From contig JANRJK010000002.1 of NCBI GenBank assembly GCA_033764015.1, forward strand, positions 186,478 to 250,477: 64,000 nt of DNA, read 5' to 3'. The DNA comes from Candidatus Sumerlaeia bacterium. Lineage in GTDB: Bacteria > Sumerlaeota > Sumerlaeia > SLMS01 > JANRJK01. Below the pieces are notes generated by a model. The model saw only the letters and a list, made by a program, of their open reading frames with translations. It did no database searches and was not told the origin of the DNA. How positions within the stretch are numbered: the stretch's first letter is position 1; every line of letters starts with the position of its first letter. Positions 19,532 to 30,101 of this stretch are shown here, piece by piece. A program made the position numbers and the translations under genes.

Positions 19532-20692
19532 ATGGACCTGCTGCTCGAGATTCTCCGCAAGACCTACGACCTGACGCGCGAGGCGTCGCTGTATCTGCTG
19601 TTCGGGCTCGTCCTCGCCGGCTTGATCCGCGCCTTCCTCGAACAGTCGCGCGTGATGAAGTGGCTCTCCGAGCGGTCCTGGAAATCGGTGCTGCGCGCCG
19701 CCGTCGTCGGTGTGCCGCTGCCTTTGTGCTCCTGCTCCGTTCTGCCGGTGGCGGCGCAGCTTCGCCGCGGCGGCGCCTCCCGTGCCGCCACTTCCTCCTT
19801 CCTCATATCCACCCCGATGAGTGGCATCGATTCGTTCATCCTCTCCTTCGGCGTGCTCAACCCGGCCTTCGCGGTCGCTCGGCCCGTCTCGGCGCTGTTC
19901 GCCGGCGCGGCGGCGGGCCTTGCGCAGGTCGCCTTCGGCGGCCCCGACCCGGAGCCGGAACGCCCCGCGAAGGGCGCTGGCGGCATGGCCGCGGCGCTGG
20001 CACTCCTCGGCGCCAAGCCCCCGACGCTGAGGAAGCGGCTCTGGGACGGCCAGGTCTACGCCTTCACCGACCTGCTCGGCTCCATGGGTCACTACTACCT
20101 CTTCGGGCTCCTCGCGACCGGCGCGGTGATGTCGCTGCTCCCGGAGAATGTCCTCGAAGGATTCGTCGGCGGGGGAGTGCTGGGCATGGTAGGCGTCGTG
20201 CTCATCGGCATGGCCATGTACACCTGCGCCTCCGCATCGACGCCGCTCGCCGCGGCGCTGATCCTCAAGGGCATGTCGCCGGGCACGGCCCTCGTCTTCC
20301 TGCTGGCCGGCCCCGCCATGAGCATCGCATCCCTGCAAGCGGTCCGCGCCATGCTCGGCGGTCGGGGGCTCGCGATCTACACAGCGGCGATCTTCATCTG
20401 CTCACTCGCGTCGGGCCTTGCCTTCGATGCGCTGAACACCGGCCTCGGATGGGACGCGCAGCTTGTGGGCGGGGGCCACATGCACGAGATGCTCGGTCCC
20501 GCGAGCCACGCGGGCGCCGTCGTCCTTCTCGCGCTGCTGGTGTACTACACGGCGAAGCGCAACGCCGCGCCCCTGCTGCGTCCCAAAGCGGGCCCGAAGC
20601 AACCCCACGCCGCCGCGAACGCCGCGCCGAACCCTTGCTGCGCGCACCATCCGGAGCCTGCGGCGTCGCCGGACCCCTCGACGACACCTTGA
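19532..20692 (+). CDS. SO_0444/DUF318 (ArsP-like) family permease, putative metal transporter
   Basis: GVPLPLCSCSVLP, FLISTP, MYTCASASTP, VFLLAGPA; C-terminal CCAHH. Confidence 0.8.
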   Translation: MDLLLEILRKTYDLTREASLYLLFGLVLAGLIRAFLEQSRVMKWLSERSWKSVLRAAVVGVPLPLCSCSVLPVAAQLRRGGASRAATSSFLISTPMSGIDSFILSFGVLNPAFAVARPVSALFAGAAAGLAQVAFGGPDPEPERPAKGAGGMAAALALLGAKPPTLRKRLWDGQVYAFTDLLGSMGHYYLFGLLATGAVMSLLPENVLEGFVGGGVLGMVGVVLIGMAMYTCASASTPLAAALILKGMSPGTALVFLLAGPAMSIASLQAVRAMLGGRGLAIYTAAIFICSLASGLAFDALNTGLGWDAQLVGGGHMHEMLGPASHAGAVVLLALLVYYTAKRNAAPLLRPKAGPKQPHAAANAAPNPCCAHHPEPAASPDPSTTP

Positions 20693-20815
20693 GCTTCCAA
20701 TGGCGCCGGTGAAGAAACCCGCCCGCCCGCGGTAGGGTTTGCGGAGCCACTAAGCGTTGCCGCCCCTCCGCGGCGGGCGCAGATTGGCGCGAGCATCCTG
20801 CGAAGCGGACAGGCC

Positions 20816-22609
20816 ATGAAACCGGGCACCCCTGAATCCTTCTGGCAAATGCAGCAGAGCGCGGTGCGGCGCAGCTTCTGGCTGCTTCCGTTCATCGGCG
20901 CGATCTACTTCATCTGCTTCGGGCTCGTCATCTTCGCGGGCGGCGGATTCGTCTTCCTGATTCTGCAGACCGCTTCGTCCCAAGCGCGCGGATCGGGCTT
21001 CGATCCCGCGCTGCCATGGCTCCAGATGGCCGCCGCCACCGCGGTCCTCGCCGGGGGCACCGCCGCCTACCAGTGGTACCGCGCGCGGTACCACGCCGCG
21101 GATCTCGTCGTGGACATGGTCCGCGCCCGTCCGATGAACCCGAAGGACCGCTACCACCAGCGACTCCTGAATGTGGTCGAGGAGATGCGCATCGCGGCGG
21201 GCCTGCCCAAGGTCGCGCTCATGGTGGTCCCATCGCCCGCGGTGAACTCCATGGCGGTGCTCGGCGCCGACGGCCAGCCGAAGGTGCTGGTGAGCGAGGG
21301 GATGCTCGCGCACCTCACCCGCGACGAGCAGCAGGCCGCCGTCGCGCACGAGCTGGCCCACCTCATCAACGGCGACACGTTCTTCGTCACGGTGCTCTGC
21401 TCGCTGGCGGGCTTCTTCGAGAGGATGAAGGAGTTCGCGACCAACACGAACCGCCCCGCGCACCACGAGCGCAGCGACGAGGGGGCGCATCCGTTCCTCT
21501 ACATCGCGGCGGCGATCGGCGCCCTGCTGCTCAAACTGCTCTCCACCACCATCAGCCGCACGCGCGAGTTCGCCGCCGACGCCAAGGCGGTCGAGCTGAC
21601 GCGCAACCCCGCCGCGGTCGCGGGCGCCGTCTACAAGGCTCAGATGCGCCGCTCCTTCCTGGGCAGCTTCCCCCAATCCTTCACCCCCATGTTCATCGTC
21701 GCGCCGGAAAGCGAACCCGGCGCGAACGACGATGGCTGGCTGTCCGGCTGGTTCTCGACGCACCCACCCATGATGGAGCGGGTGAAAGCGCTTTCGTCGC
21801 TCGCCAAGGCCACCCCGGAGCAGCTCATCCACGCGATCCACCACGGGGAGTCCCTCCGCGAAGCCGCCCGCGTCGACGCGGTCCCCGAGCAGGACCCGCG
21901 CGCGAGCCGCCCCGCGATCCCCGCCTGGTGGATGGGCGCCGGCGTGCTCCGCAAGCCGGAGGGCGTCCCCGACGAGGAGCCCGCCGCGGACACGACGGAG
22001 CGGTGGGAGCTCCCCGCGGGGCCGGACCGCTGGAGCGGCGCGCACACCGCCGAGGAACTGGTCGGCCTTCCGTTCTTCAGCCTCACCATGTTCGTCCGCC
22101 GCGCTGGTTCCGACCAGCCGGAGGTCGCGCGCGACAACGCGCGGATCCTCCGCGCCTTCAAGGACTTCCGGCAGCGCAACTCCGGCGCGCACCGGGTGGA
22201 CGCGCCGGAGTGCCCGCACTGCCGCGTGAAGACGCGCGTCGACGAGTACGAGGGCGTTCCCACGCACCTGTGCCCGAAGTGCCGGGGGCGGCTGGTCAAG
22301 CGCGCGGACGTCCTGGCGGTGCTGACGCGCCGCGAGGTGAAGTTCCCCCCGCGCATCCGCGAGCTCGCGAAGCAGTTCCGCTTCAACGCCGGCATCAACC
22401 CGCGGAAGCGCTTCGACGCGCGGGAGCGCTCCGGCGGCGTCCTGCCTTGTCCGTTCTGCGGCGTCGCGATGCTCGAGAAACCATTCAGCTACCAGTACTT
22501 CGTCCCCGTTGACGAGTGCGTCGGCTGCGCGGTAACTTGGTTCGATCAAGATGAACTGGAGGTCCTCCAAGCCCTCGTTGAAGAGGCGGACGGCCACGGC
22601 GGAAAGTAG
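20816..22609 (+). CDS. HtpX-like M48 zinc metalloprotease fused to C-terminal zinc-ribbon (zf-TFIIB-like) domains
   Basis: AHELAH, SRTREFAAD, FSTHPP; C-terminal CPHC...CPKC and CPFC...CVGC..WFDQDEL. Confidence 0.82.
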   Translation: MKPGTPESFWQMQQSAVRRSFWLLPFIGAIYFICFGLVIFAGGGFVFLILQTASSQARGSGFDPALPWLQMAAATAVLAGGTAAYQWYRARYHAADLVVDMVRARPMNPKDRYHQRLLNVVEEMRIAAGLPKVALMVVPSPAVNSMAVLGADGQPKVLVSEGMLAHLTRDEQQAAVAHELAHLINGDTFFVTVLCSLAGFFERMKEFATNTNRPAHHERSDEGAHPFLYIAAAIGALLLKLLSTTISRTREFAADAKAVELTRNPAAVAGAVYKAQMRRSFLGSFPQSFTPMFIVAPESEPGANDDGWLSGWFSTHPPMMERVKALSSLAKATPEQLIHAIHHGESLREAARVDAVPEQDPRASRPAIPAWWMGAGVLRKPEGVPDEEPAADTTERWELPAGPDRWSGAHTAEELVGLPFFSLTMFVRRAGSDQPEVARDNARILRAFKDFRQRNSGAHRVDAPECPHCRVKTRVDEYEGVPTHLCPKCRGRLVKRADVLAVLTRREVKFPPRIRELAKQFRFNAGINPRKRFDARERSGGVLPCPFCGVAMLEKPFSYQYFVPVDECVGCAVTWFDQDELEVLQALVEEADGHGGK

Positions 22610-22614
22610 GAGCC

Positions 22615-23409
22615 ATGCGGGCACTCGTGACAGGATTGAACGGCACTGTGGGCCGCGCGCTCCGCGCCGCCGCGGAAGCGGACGGCCACGAGGTGGTTGG
22701 CTGGGACCGCACGCGCGTGCCGATCGACCGCTACCAGCCCATGGAGGATTTCGTCCGCTCGGTGCGCCCCGACGTGGTGTACCACCTCGCGATCGCCTCG
22801 AACCCCACGGGGCGCGACAACGAGGGGTGGCTCGTGAACTACGAGTGGCCTAGCGAGCTCGCCTGGATCTGCCGCTCCCTCGGCCTGCGCTTCGTCTACA
22901 CAAGCACGGTCATGGTCTTTAGCGACCGGGCGACCGGTCCCTTCTACCCCGACTCGCCGCCCGACGCCACGGTCGGCTACGGCTACGAGAAGCGCCGCGG
23001 CGAGGAACGCGTCTTCTACCAGTACCCCTCGGCGACCGTCGCCCGCCTCGGATGGCAGATCGGCGCGAAGGCGGGCTCGAACAACATGATCGACTTCTTC
23101 GAGCGTAACATGGCGGAGCACGGACGCATCGACGCCAGCACGCTCTGGCGCCCCGCGACCTCCTTCCTCGAGGACACCGCCAAGGCGCTGCTCTCGCTCG
23201 CCTGGATGCCGCAGGGGCTCTACGGCATCGACAGCAACCGGTCCGGCCACAATTTCCACCAGATCGCCACCGCCATCGCCAAGAAGATGAAGCGCGACTG
23301 GAACATCGTCGGCACCCAGTCCTTTTCGCAGGACCAGCGCATGCCCGACGAACGCGTCGACATCGCGCCGCTCGAGGAGCGCCTGCCGCAACTCCGCACC
23401 ATGCGATAG
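22615..23409 (+). CDS. RmlD-like (dTDP-4-dehydrorhamnose reductase family) SDR
   Basis: LVTGLNGTVG, RPDVVYHLA, YTSTVMVF, YGYEK (YxxxK). Confidence 0.75.
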   Translation: MRALVTGLNGTVGRALRAAAEADGHEVVGWDRTRVPIDRYQPMEDFVRSVRPDVVYHLAIASNPTGRDNEGWLVNYEWPSELAWICRSLGLRFVYTSTVMVFSDRATGPFYPDSPPDATVGYGYEKRRGEERVFYQYPSATVARLGWQIGAKAGSNNMIDFFERNMAEHGRIDASTLWRPATSFLEDTAKALLSLAWMPQGLYGIDSNRSGHNFHQIATAIAKKMKRDWNIVGTQSFSQDQRMPDERVDIAPLEERLPQLRTMR

Positions 23410-23473
23410 GCGTGGACCTTCCGGCACGCGCGGTGCTCCGGTCGGGGCACCGATTCCCGGAGGCCCACCGCCC

Positions 23474-24682
23474 TTGACCAGATTCGCCGCGATCGCCGCT
23501 CTGTGCGCCCTCGCCACCGCCTGCGACCAGGCCCGCGACGAGTATACCTATACGCTGCCGTCGCCGCCTCCCACCATGCCTCCCCCGGAACAGCAGCCCG
23601 GCGCGCTCCCCGCGCAGCCGCCCGCGGGATCCCCTCCGCAGGCGGGCGCAGCCGTGCTCCCGCCCGCCGAGCCGTTCGACTTCACCTCGCAGAAGCCCGG
23701 CAGCCCCGACCTGATGCGCCCCGTCGAGCTCGCGGGCTACCGCTTCGCGGTTCCCGCCGCGTGGAGCGAAACCACCGCCGGCCGCCCGATGCGCCTCGCC
23801 GAGTTCAAGGCGGGCGCCAAGCACGCCATCCCCACCGAAATCGTGGTGTTCCACTTCGGCCCCGGGCAGGGCGGCAGCGCGGAGGAGAACGCTGCCCGGT
23901 GGCTCGGCCAGGTGCAGCCCGACGAGGACTCGACGCCGCAGGAGTACCTGACGGGGAACGTCGGCCCGCTCCGCCTCACGATGGTCGGCGCTTCGGGCAC
24001 CTACACCGCCGCGCAGATGGGCCAGGCCACCTCCGCGCCGCAGGCTATGCCGGGCTTCGGCCTCATGGGCCTCGTGGTCGAGGGAGGCCCCGAGGGCTCG
24101 CTCTTCATCCGCATGACCGGTCCCCGCGAGGTGGTGCGCGAGGAGTCGCTGCCCTTCGTCTGGATGGCGGGCAGCTTCTCGCCCGCGGACGGCGGCGCCA
24201 TACCGGCCGGAGAGGGCGGGGAGCAGCTCGATGTCGCGGGGCTCTCCTTCGCCCTGCCGCGGGAGTGGCGCAGCGTCCCCCCCGCGGGCGCCATGCGCGC
24301 GGCGCAGCTTGAGATTCCGAGCGGGGGGGAAACCCTCGAAGCGGTATTCTTCCACTTCGGTCCGGGTCAGGGGGGTGGCGCCGAGGCGAACATCCAGCGC
24401 TGGCTCGGCCAGATGTCGATGCCCGCTGATATCGCGCCGCTAACCTCCAAGGCGCAGGTGGGCGCGTTGACCATCCACGAGGTGATCGCGGAGGGCGACT
24501 GGAGCGGAGGCATGGCCCCGGGCGGAGTTCCCGCCAGCCCGCAGAAGGACGTCCGGTTGCACGGCTTCGTCGTGGAGGGCGGCCCCGAGGGGACCGTGTT
24601 TATCCGCGTGGTGGGACCGCTGCGTGCCGCGCGCCCGGTCGAGGAGGCGCTCCGGGCGTTCGTCGCGTCCGCCGGGGGCTGA
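23474..24682 (+). CDS. Hypothetical lipoprotein with two tandem copies of an uncharacterised domain
   Basis: Lipobox LATAC, Pro-rich linker, and two repeats of MR.A...FHFGPGQGG..E.N..RWLGQ...VVEGGPEG..FIR..GP. Confidence 0.7.
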   Translation: MTRFAAIAALCALATACDQARDEYTYTLPSPPPTMPPPEQQPGALPAQPPAGSPPQAGAAVLPPAEPFDFTSQKPGSPDLMRPVELAGYRFAVPAAWSETTAGRPMRLAEFKAGAKHAIPTEIVVFHFGPGQGGSAEENAARWLGQVQPDEDSTPQEYLTGNVGPLRLTMVGASGTYTAAQMGQATSAPQAMPGFGLMGLVVEGGPEGSLFIRMTGPREVVREESLPFVWMAGSFSPADGGAIPAGEGGEQLDVAGLSFALPREWRSVPPAGAMRAAQLEIPSGGETLEAVFFHFGPGQGGGAEANIQRWLGQMSMPADIAPLTSKAQVGALTIHEVIAEGDWSGGMAPGGVPASPQKDVRLHGFVVEGGPEGTVFIRVVGPLRAARPVEEALRAFVASAGG

Positions 24683-24691
24683 GCCGTCCAG

Positions 24692-25741
24692 TCAGGTGCG
24701 CTGGACGCGGGGCTTGCGCGGGGTGTTCGAGTCGGGTTCCGGCACCGCCGCCGCCGGAACGGGCGCGGCGGGCGGGGGAGTGTGGTTGTGCTCGCCGAAA
24801 TCCAGCTCGTCGAAGATCGAATCGTTGATGCCGTGCTCCTGCGTCGGCGGCTTCGGCGGCGCCTTCGACGCTGGCGGCGGAGCGGTGGGCTTCGGGGGAA
24901 TCGCGGGCTGGATCGTCGGGACCTGCTTCGATGGACGGATCGGCTCCATGTCCTCGTAGCCTTCGATCCCTTCCAACTCGTCGTCGAGCGCGTGGAAGGC
25001 GCTTTCGACGTCCATCTCGTCGGGGGGGCGCATCAGTTCGCCGGAAGCCATGCCGGCGGACTCGTCGAGCACGCGGCTCCCTTCCAGCAGGCAGCTCATC
25101 GCCGGGAGGTTGATCGTGGACTTCGTGGTCAGGCAGCCCTTGTGGACGCGGATTTCCGGGCTGGCGATCGAGAAGAGGATGCGGAACGCATCCATGCCGT
25201 AGATCTCGTCGATGGTCTCCGCGTGGATCACGTTGCCGCCGCGCATGTAGATCGAGCCGATCGTGCCCTTGCCGGTAAGGCGCACCGTCTTGTCGAGGCG
25301 CTTCTCGCCGAACAGCTGGATCAGGTCGCTGACCTCGAGGCCGAAGGCGTCCGTGTGCAGGTTGTTCATCGACTTCAACAGCATCTTGAGCTGGTTCGCG
25401 CAGCCCTCGAGATCCTCCTGCGGGTGGCGCAGCACCTTGGCCGCGCCTTGCGCCAGCAGCGCCACCTCGTAGGCGGCGAGCACGTCCACCAGGCACACCA
25501 CCACTTCCCACCACGTCGTGCGGTTCTGGATCAGGTGCGAGACGCGAGACAGATCCGTTTCGGGATTCATCCCGATGACGAGGAGGCCCGTCCTCGAAAC
25601 GTGCCACGGCTCCTGCGCGAGGTCGTGGAGCAGCCGGATTTCCGTCGGCAGTCCATCGTCGCCGAGCATCGAAATCACGGTGGCGGAGGTGCTCGGCTCG
25701 AGGCCGGCGAACACAAGCGATGTCAAACTGCGGTGCGGCAT
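24692..25741 (-). CDS. DUF4388 (PATAN-like) domain protein with degenerate receiver-like N-terminus
   Basis: LEVSDLIQLFGEKR...GSIYMRGGNVIHAE...GMDAF...TINLPAMSCLLEGSRVLDE matches the DUF4388 pattern. Confidence 0.7.
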   Translation of the reverse strand: MPHRSLTSLVFAGLEPSTSATVISMLGDDGLPTEIRLLHDLAQEPWHVSRTGLLVIGMNPETDLSRVSHLIQNRTTWWEVVVCLVDVLAAYEVALLAQGAAKVLRHPQEDLEGCANQLKMLLKSMNNLHTDAFGLEVSDLIQLFGEKRLDKTVRLTGKGTIGSIYMRGGNVIHAETIDEIYGMDAFRILFSIASPEIRVHKGCLTTKSTINLPAMSCLLEGSRVLDESAGMASGELMRPPDEMDVESAFHALDDELEGIEGYEDMEPIRPSKQVPTIQPAIPPKPTAPPPASKAPPKPPTQEHGINDSIFDELDFGEHNHTPPPAAPVPAAAVPEPDSNTPRKPRVQRT

Positions 25742-25758
25742 GAAGTGGGCCCGGTTAG

Positions 25759-27252
<1,494 letters not shown>

Positions 27253-27275
27253 CCAACCGCGCCCCCGCGCGCACC

Positions 27276-27309
27276 GGCCCCGGCGGGCGAAAACCCGCCG
27301 GGGCCTTTC
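27276..27309 (+). terminator. Rho-independent terminator after eno
   Basis: ggccccggcggg-cgaaaa-cccgccggggcc followed by ttt. Confidence 0.75.
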
Positions 27310-27381
27310 AGTTGAATAGCCCCCGCCGCCCCCGGTACTTCCTACCGAGATCAAGCACGCCCACCGCCCGAGGGCCACCGC

Positions 27382-28074
27382 ATGGAAGTCGTCGGCTGTT
27401 TCCCCTTCTTGCTGTTCGCCCTCGTTGGCGGCCTAATCGTGGCCCTCGTGGTGCACGCCGCCAAGGCCGCCCGCAGGCGGCAGGAAGCGCTCGCCGCCTT
27501 CGCCGCCCAGTACGGATGGACGTACCTGCCGGCCCGCCGCACGGACCTCGAGGGCCGCTGGCCGAAGTTCCCCTTCCTGCGGCAAGGCGACCGCAGGTAC
27601 GCCGCCAACTATCTCGAGGGCGAGTGGCGCGGGCACCGCGCGTGCGCCTTCGACTACCACTGGGAGGAGACCACCGGAACCGGCGAGGACCGCCGCACCA
27701 CCAGCTACGCCGCGACGTTCGTGATCGTCTCTCCCAGCCTCCGGCTGCAGCCGTTCGCCGTCCGCCCCGAAGGCATCTTCGACCGCGTCGCCGAGTTCTT
27801 CGGCGCCCAGGACATCGACTTCGAGTCCGCCGAATTCAGCCGCCGCTTCCACGTCTCGTCGCCGGACCGGCGGTGGACCTTCGACCTCTTCCACCCGCGC
27901 TGCATCGAGTTCTTCATGGCGGAGGGATTCCAGCGCATGGCGTGCGATGGAACCTCCTTGGCCGCCGACTGGCAGACCCGCATCCTGACGCCGATGGAAA
28001 TCTACCAGCGCCTCGAACGGCTGCACCGGTTCCTCGATCAGATGCCCTCGCACCTGCGCGCGGAAGGAGCCTGA
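27382..28074 (+). CDS. Membrane-anchored hypothetical protein (DUF3137-like, LemA-associated)
   Basis: N-terminal TM helix; QDIDFESAEFSRRFHV motif; lies directly upstream of lemA. Confidence 0.65.
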   Translation: MEVVGCFPFLLFALVGGLIVALVVHAAKAARRRQEALAAFAAQYGWTYLPARRTDLEGRWPKFPFLRQGDRRYAANYLEGEWRGHRACAFDYHWEETTGTGEDRRTTSYAATFVIVSPSLRLQPFAVRPEGIFDRVAEFFGAQDIDFESAEFSRRFHVSSPDRRWTFDLFHPRCIEFFMAEGFQRMACDGTSLAADWQTRILTPMEIYQRLERLHRFLDQMPSHLRAEGA

Positions 28075-28078
28075 ACCA

Positions 28079-28630
28079 GTGGAACCCTTCCTTTGCGTCT
28101 TGTTCGCGCCGGGGCTGCTCGCGGGCGTGTGGCTGATGCTGATCTACAACTCGCTCGTCCGCCACCGCAACCACGTGGCCGAGTCGTGGTCCGGCATCGA
28201 TACGGAGCTGAAGCGGCGCTACGACCTAATCCCGAACCTCGTATCGACGGTGAAGGGCTACGCGGCGCACGAGGCGCAGGTGCTCGAGGCGGTCGCCCGC
28301 GCCCGCGCCGCGAGCGGCTCCGGCGTGGACCAGCGCGCCGACGCGGAGCGCTCCGTGGTAAGCGGCCTGCGGACCTTCCTCGCGGTCGCGGAGTCCTATC
28401 CGCAGCTCAAGGCGGACGCGCAGTTCCTGGCGCTGCAGCGCGAACTCGCGGAGACCGAGAACCGCATCCAAGCCGCGCGCCGCTTCTACAACGCGAACGT
28501 CCGCGACCTGAACAATCTCGTCCAGTCGTTCCCGTCGAACCTCGTCGCGAGCACCTTCGGCTTCCGGCAGTCGTCGTTCTTCGAGGTCGAGTCGGCGCTC
28601 GAACGCGAGGCGCCTAAGGTCGCCCTTTAG
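28079..28630 (+). CDS. lemA: LemA family protein
   Basis: YNSLV...WSGIDTELKRRYDLIPNLV..VKGYAAHE, AESYPQLKA, ENRIQAARRFYN, FPSNLVA. Confidence 0.93.
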   Translation: MEPFLCVLFAPGLLAGVWLMLIYNSLVRHRNHVAESWSGIDTELKRRYDLIPNLVSTVKGYAAHEAQVLEAVARARAASGSGVDQRADAERSVVSGLRTFLAVAESYPQLKADAQFLALQRELAETENRIQAARRFYNANVRDLNNLVQSFPSNLVASTFGFRQSSFFEVESALEREAPKVAL

Positions 28631-29901
28631 GCCCCGTCGTAATCCGCCAGCAGCAGCTCCGCCGTGCGCTTCGCGGCGCCGCGGTTCGCCTCCGCCGCCG
28701 CGCGCCCCGCCGCGCCTAGCCGCGCGCGTTCCCCCGCATCGCCGGTAAGCCTGGCCAGCACCTCCGCCAGCGAGCCTCGCGGCACCTGCAGTAGCGCGCG
28801 CGCCGCGTCGAGGATCCGGACCAGCTCCGGCTGGTTGTGCATGTCCGGACCGAACAGCACCGGCAGGCCATGGACCGCGGGCTCGAGGACGTTGTGGCCT
28901 CCGGTTCCATTCCAGCTACCGCCCACGATCGCGACATCGCCGCCGCCGTAGGCGCGCCCGAGCACCCGCATCTTGTCCAGCAGAAGCACCGGCGCGCCCC
29001 CCGGCGGCGCGGGCCCGGCGCTGAGCCGGTGCGACGGGCCGCGCTTCGCTAGGCGCTCCGCCACCGCATCGAACCTCTCCGGGTGCCGCGGGGCGATGAC
29101 GAGGCGCAACGGCAGGCCAGCGGCGCGCAGCTCCGCGACCGTCGACACCAGCAAGTCCTCTTCGCCCTCGTGCGTGGAGCCGGCCACTAGGACCATTTCG
29201 CCCGCTCCGACGCCCCACTCCGCCCGCATCGCAGTCCGCTCGTCGGGGGTCAGCGGCTCCGGTAGAGCGTCGAACTTCACGTTCCCCGTCACGCGGATCC
29301 GCCGGTCGGAGCCGACGACGCGCGCCATCCGCTCGGCGTACTCGTCGTTCTGCATCAGCAGCAGGCGGAAGGCGGAAAGCGCGGGGCGGAACAGCGGCGC
29401 GAGTCGCTCGTAGCGCGCCGCGGAACGGGCGCTGAGCTTCCCGTTCGCCAGATACGCGGGAAGCCCGCGGCGGCGGCACTCGCCAAGCAGGTTCGGCCAA
29501 AGCTCGGTCTCGAGCACCACGTACAGGCTGGGCCGATGGGCCGCGAGGAAACGCCGCACCACCCAGGAGAAGTCGAGCGGCGCATAGGTGTGCCGCTCGA
29601 TGCCGGGGAGCGATTTGTGCGCCTGCGCCTGTCCGGTCTCCGTCGTCGTCGTGGAGAGGAAACGCCAAACGGGCTTGTGGGAGTGGAGTTCGCGGAAGAG
29701 CGCCCCCGAGGCCACGGTCTCGCCGACCGACACGGAGTGCAGCCAGCAGCGCTCGACCGCGGGCAGTGGCGGGCTCGGCAGGCGCCGCCCCAGCATGGAC
29801 GGCAGCGAGTCGCGGTACTTGCCATGGCGGAGGCGTTTGTATCCCATGATCGCCGCGTAGGGAGGCGCGGCAGCGAGGTAGGCAAGGTCCCACGGGGTCA
29901 T
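28627..29901 (-). CDS. waaA: 3-deoxy-D-manno-octulosonic acid (Kdo) transferase
   Basis: WLHSVSVGE, ETELWPN, TGNVKFD, AGSTHEGEE, APRHPERF, GGHNVLEP. Confidence 0.93.
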   Translation of the reverse strand: MTPWDLAYLAAAPPYAAIMGYKRLRHGKYRDSLPSMLGRRLPSPPLPAVERCWLHSVSVGETVASGALFRELHSHKPVWRFLSTTTTETGQAQAHKSLPGIERHTYAPLDFSWVVRRFLAAHRPSLYVVLETELWPNLLGECRRRGLPAYLANGKLSARSAARYERLAPLFRPALSAFRLLLMQNDEYAERMARVVGSDRRIRVTGNVKFDALPEPLTPDERTAMRAEWGVGAGEMVLVAGSTHEGEEDLLVSTVAELRAAGLPLRLVIAPRHPERFDAVAERLAKRGPSHRLSAGPAPPGGAPVLLLDKMRVLGRAYGGGDVAIVGGSWNGTGGHNVLEPAVHGLPVLFGPDMHNQPELVRILDAARALLQVPRGSLAEVLARLTGDAGERARLGAAGRAAAEANRGAAKRTAELLLADYDGA

Positions 29902-30101
29902 GGCAGGACCGTCGCACCCGGTGTCGGGTGGCCGCAAGAGCCCCGGAAGGCGGTCACGCCCCCGCCCCGAACGGCACGATTCCATCATACCGCTAGGCAC
30001 CATGCGGTCTGATGGCCGCTAAGTTGCGTTGTTTTGCGCCAAACCGGCGATACATGCCGAAGAATGGGCGCCTTGGGCGCCTTCCACAGGGGAACTGCTC
30101 C

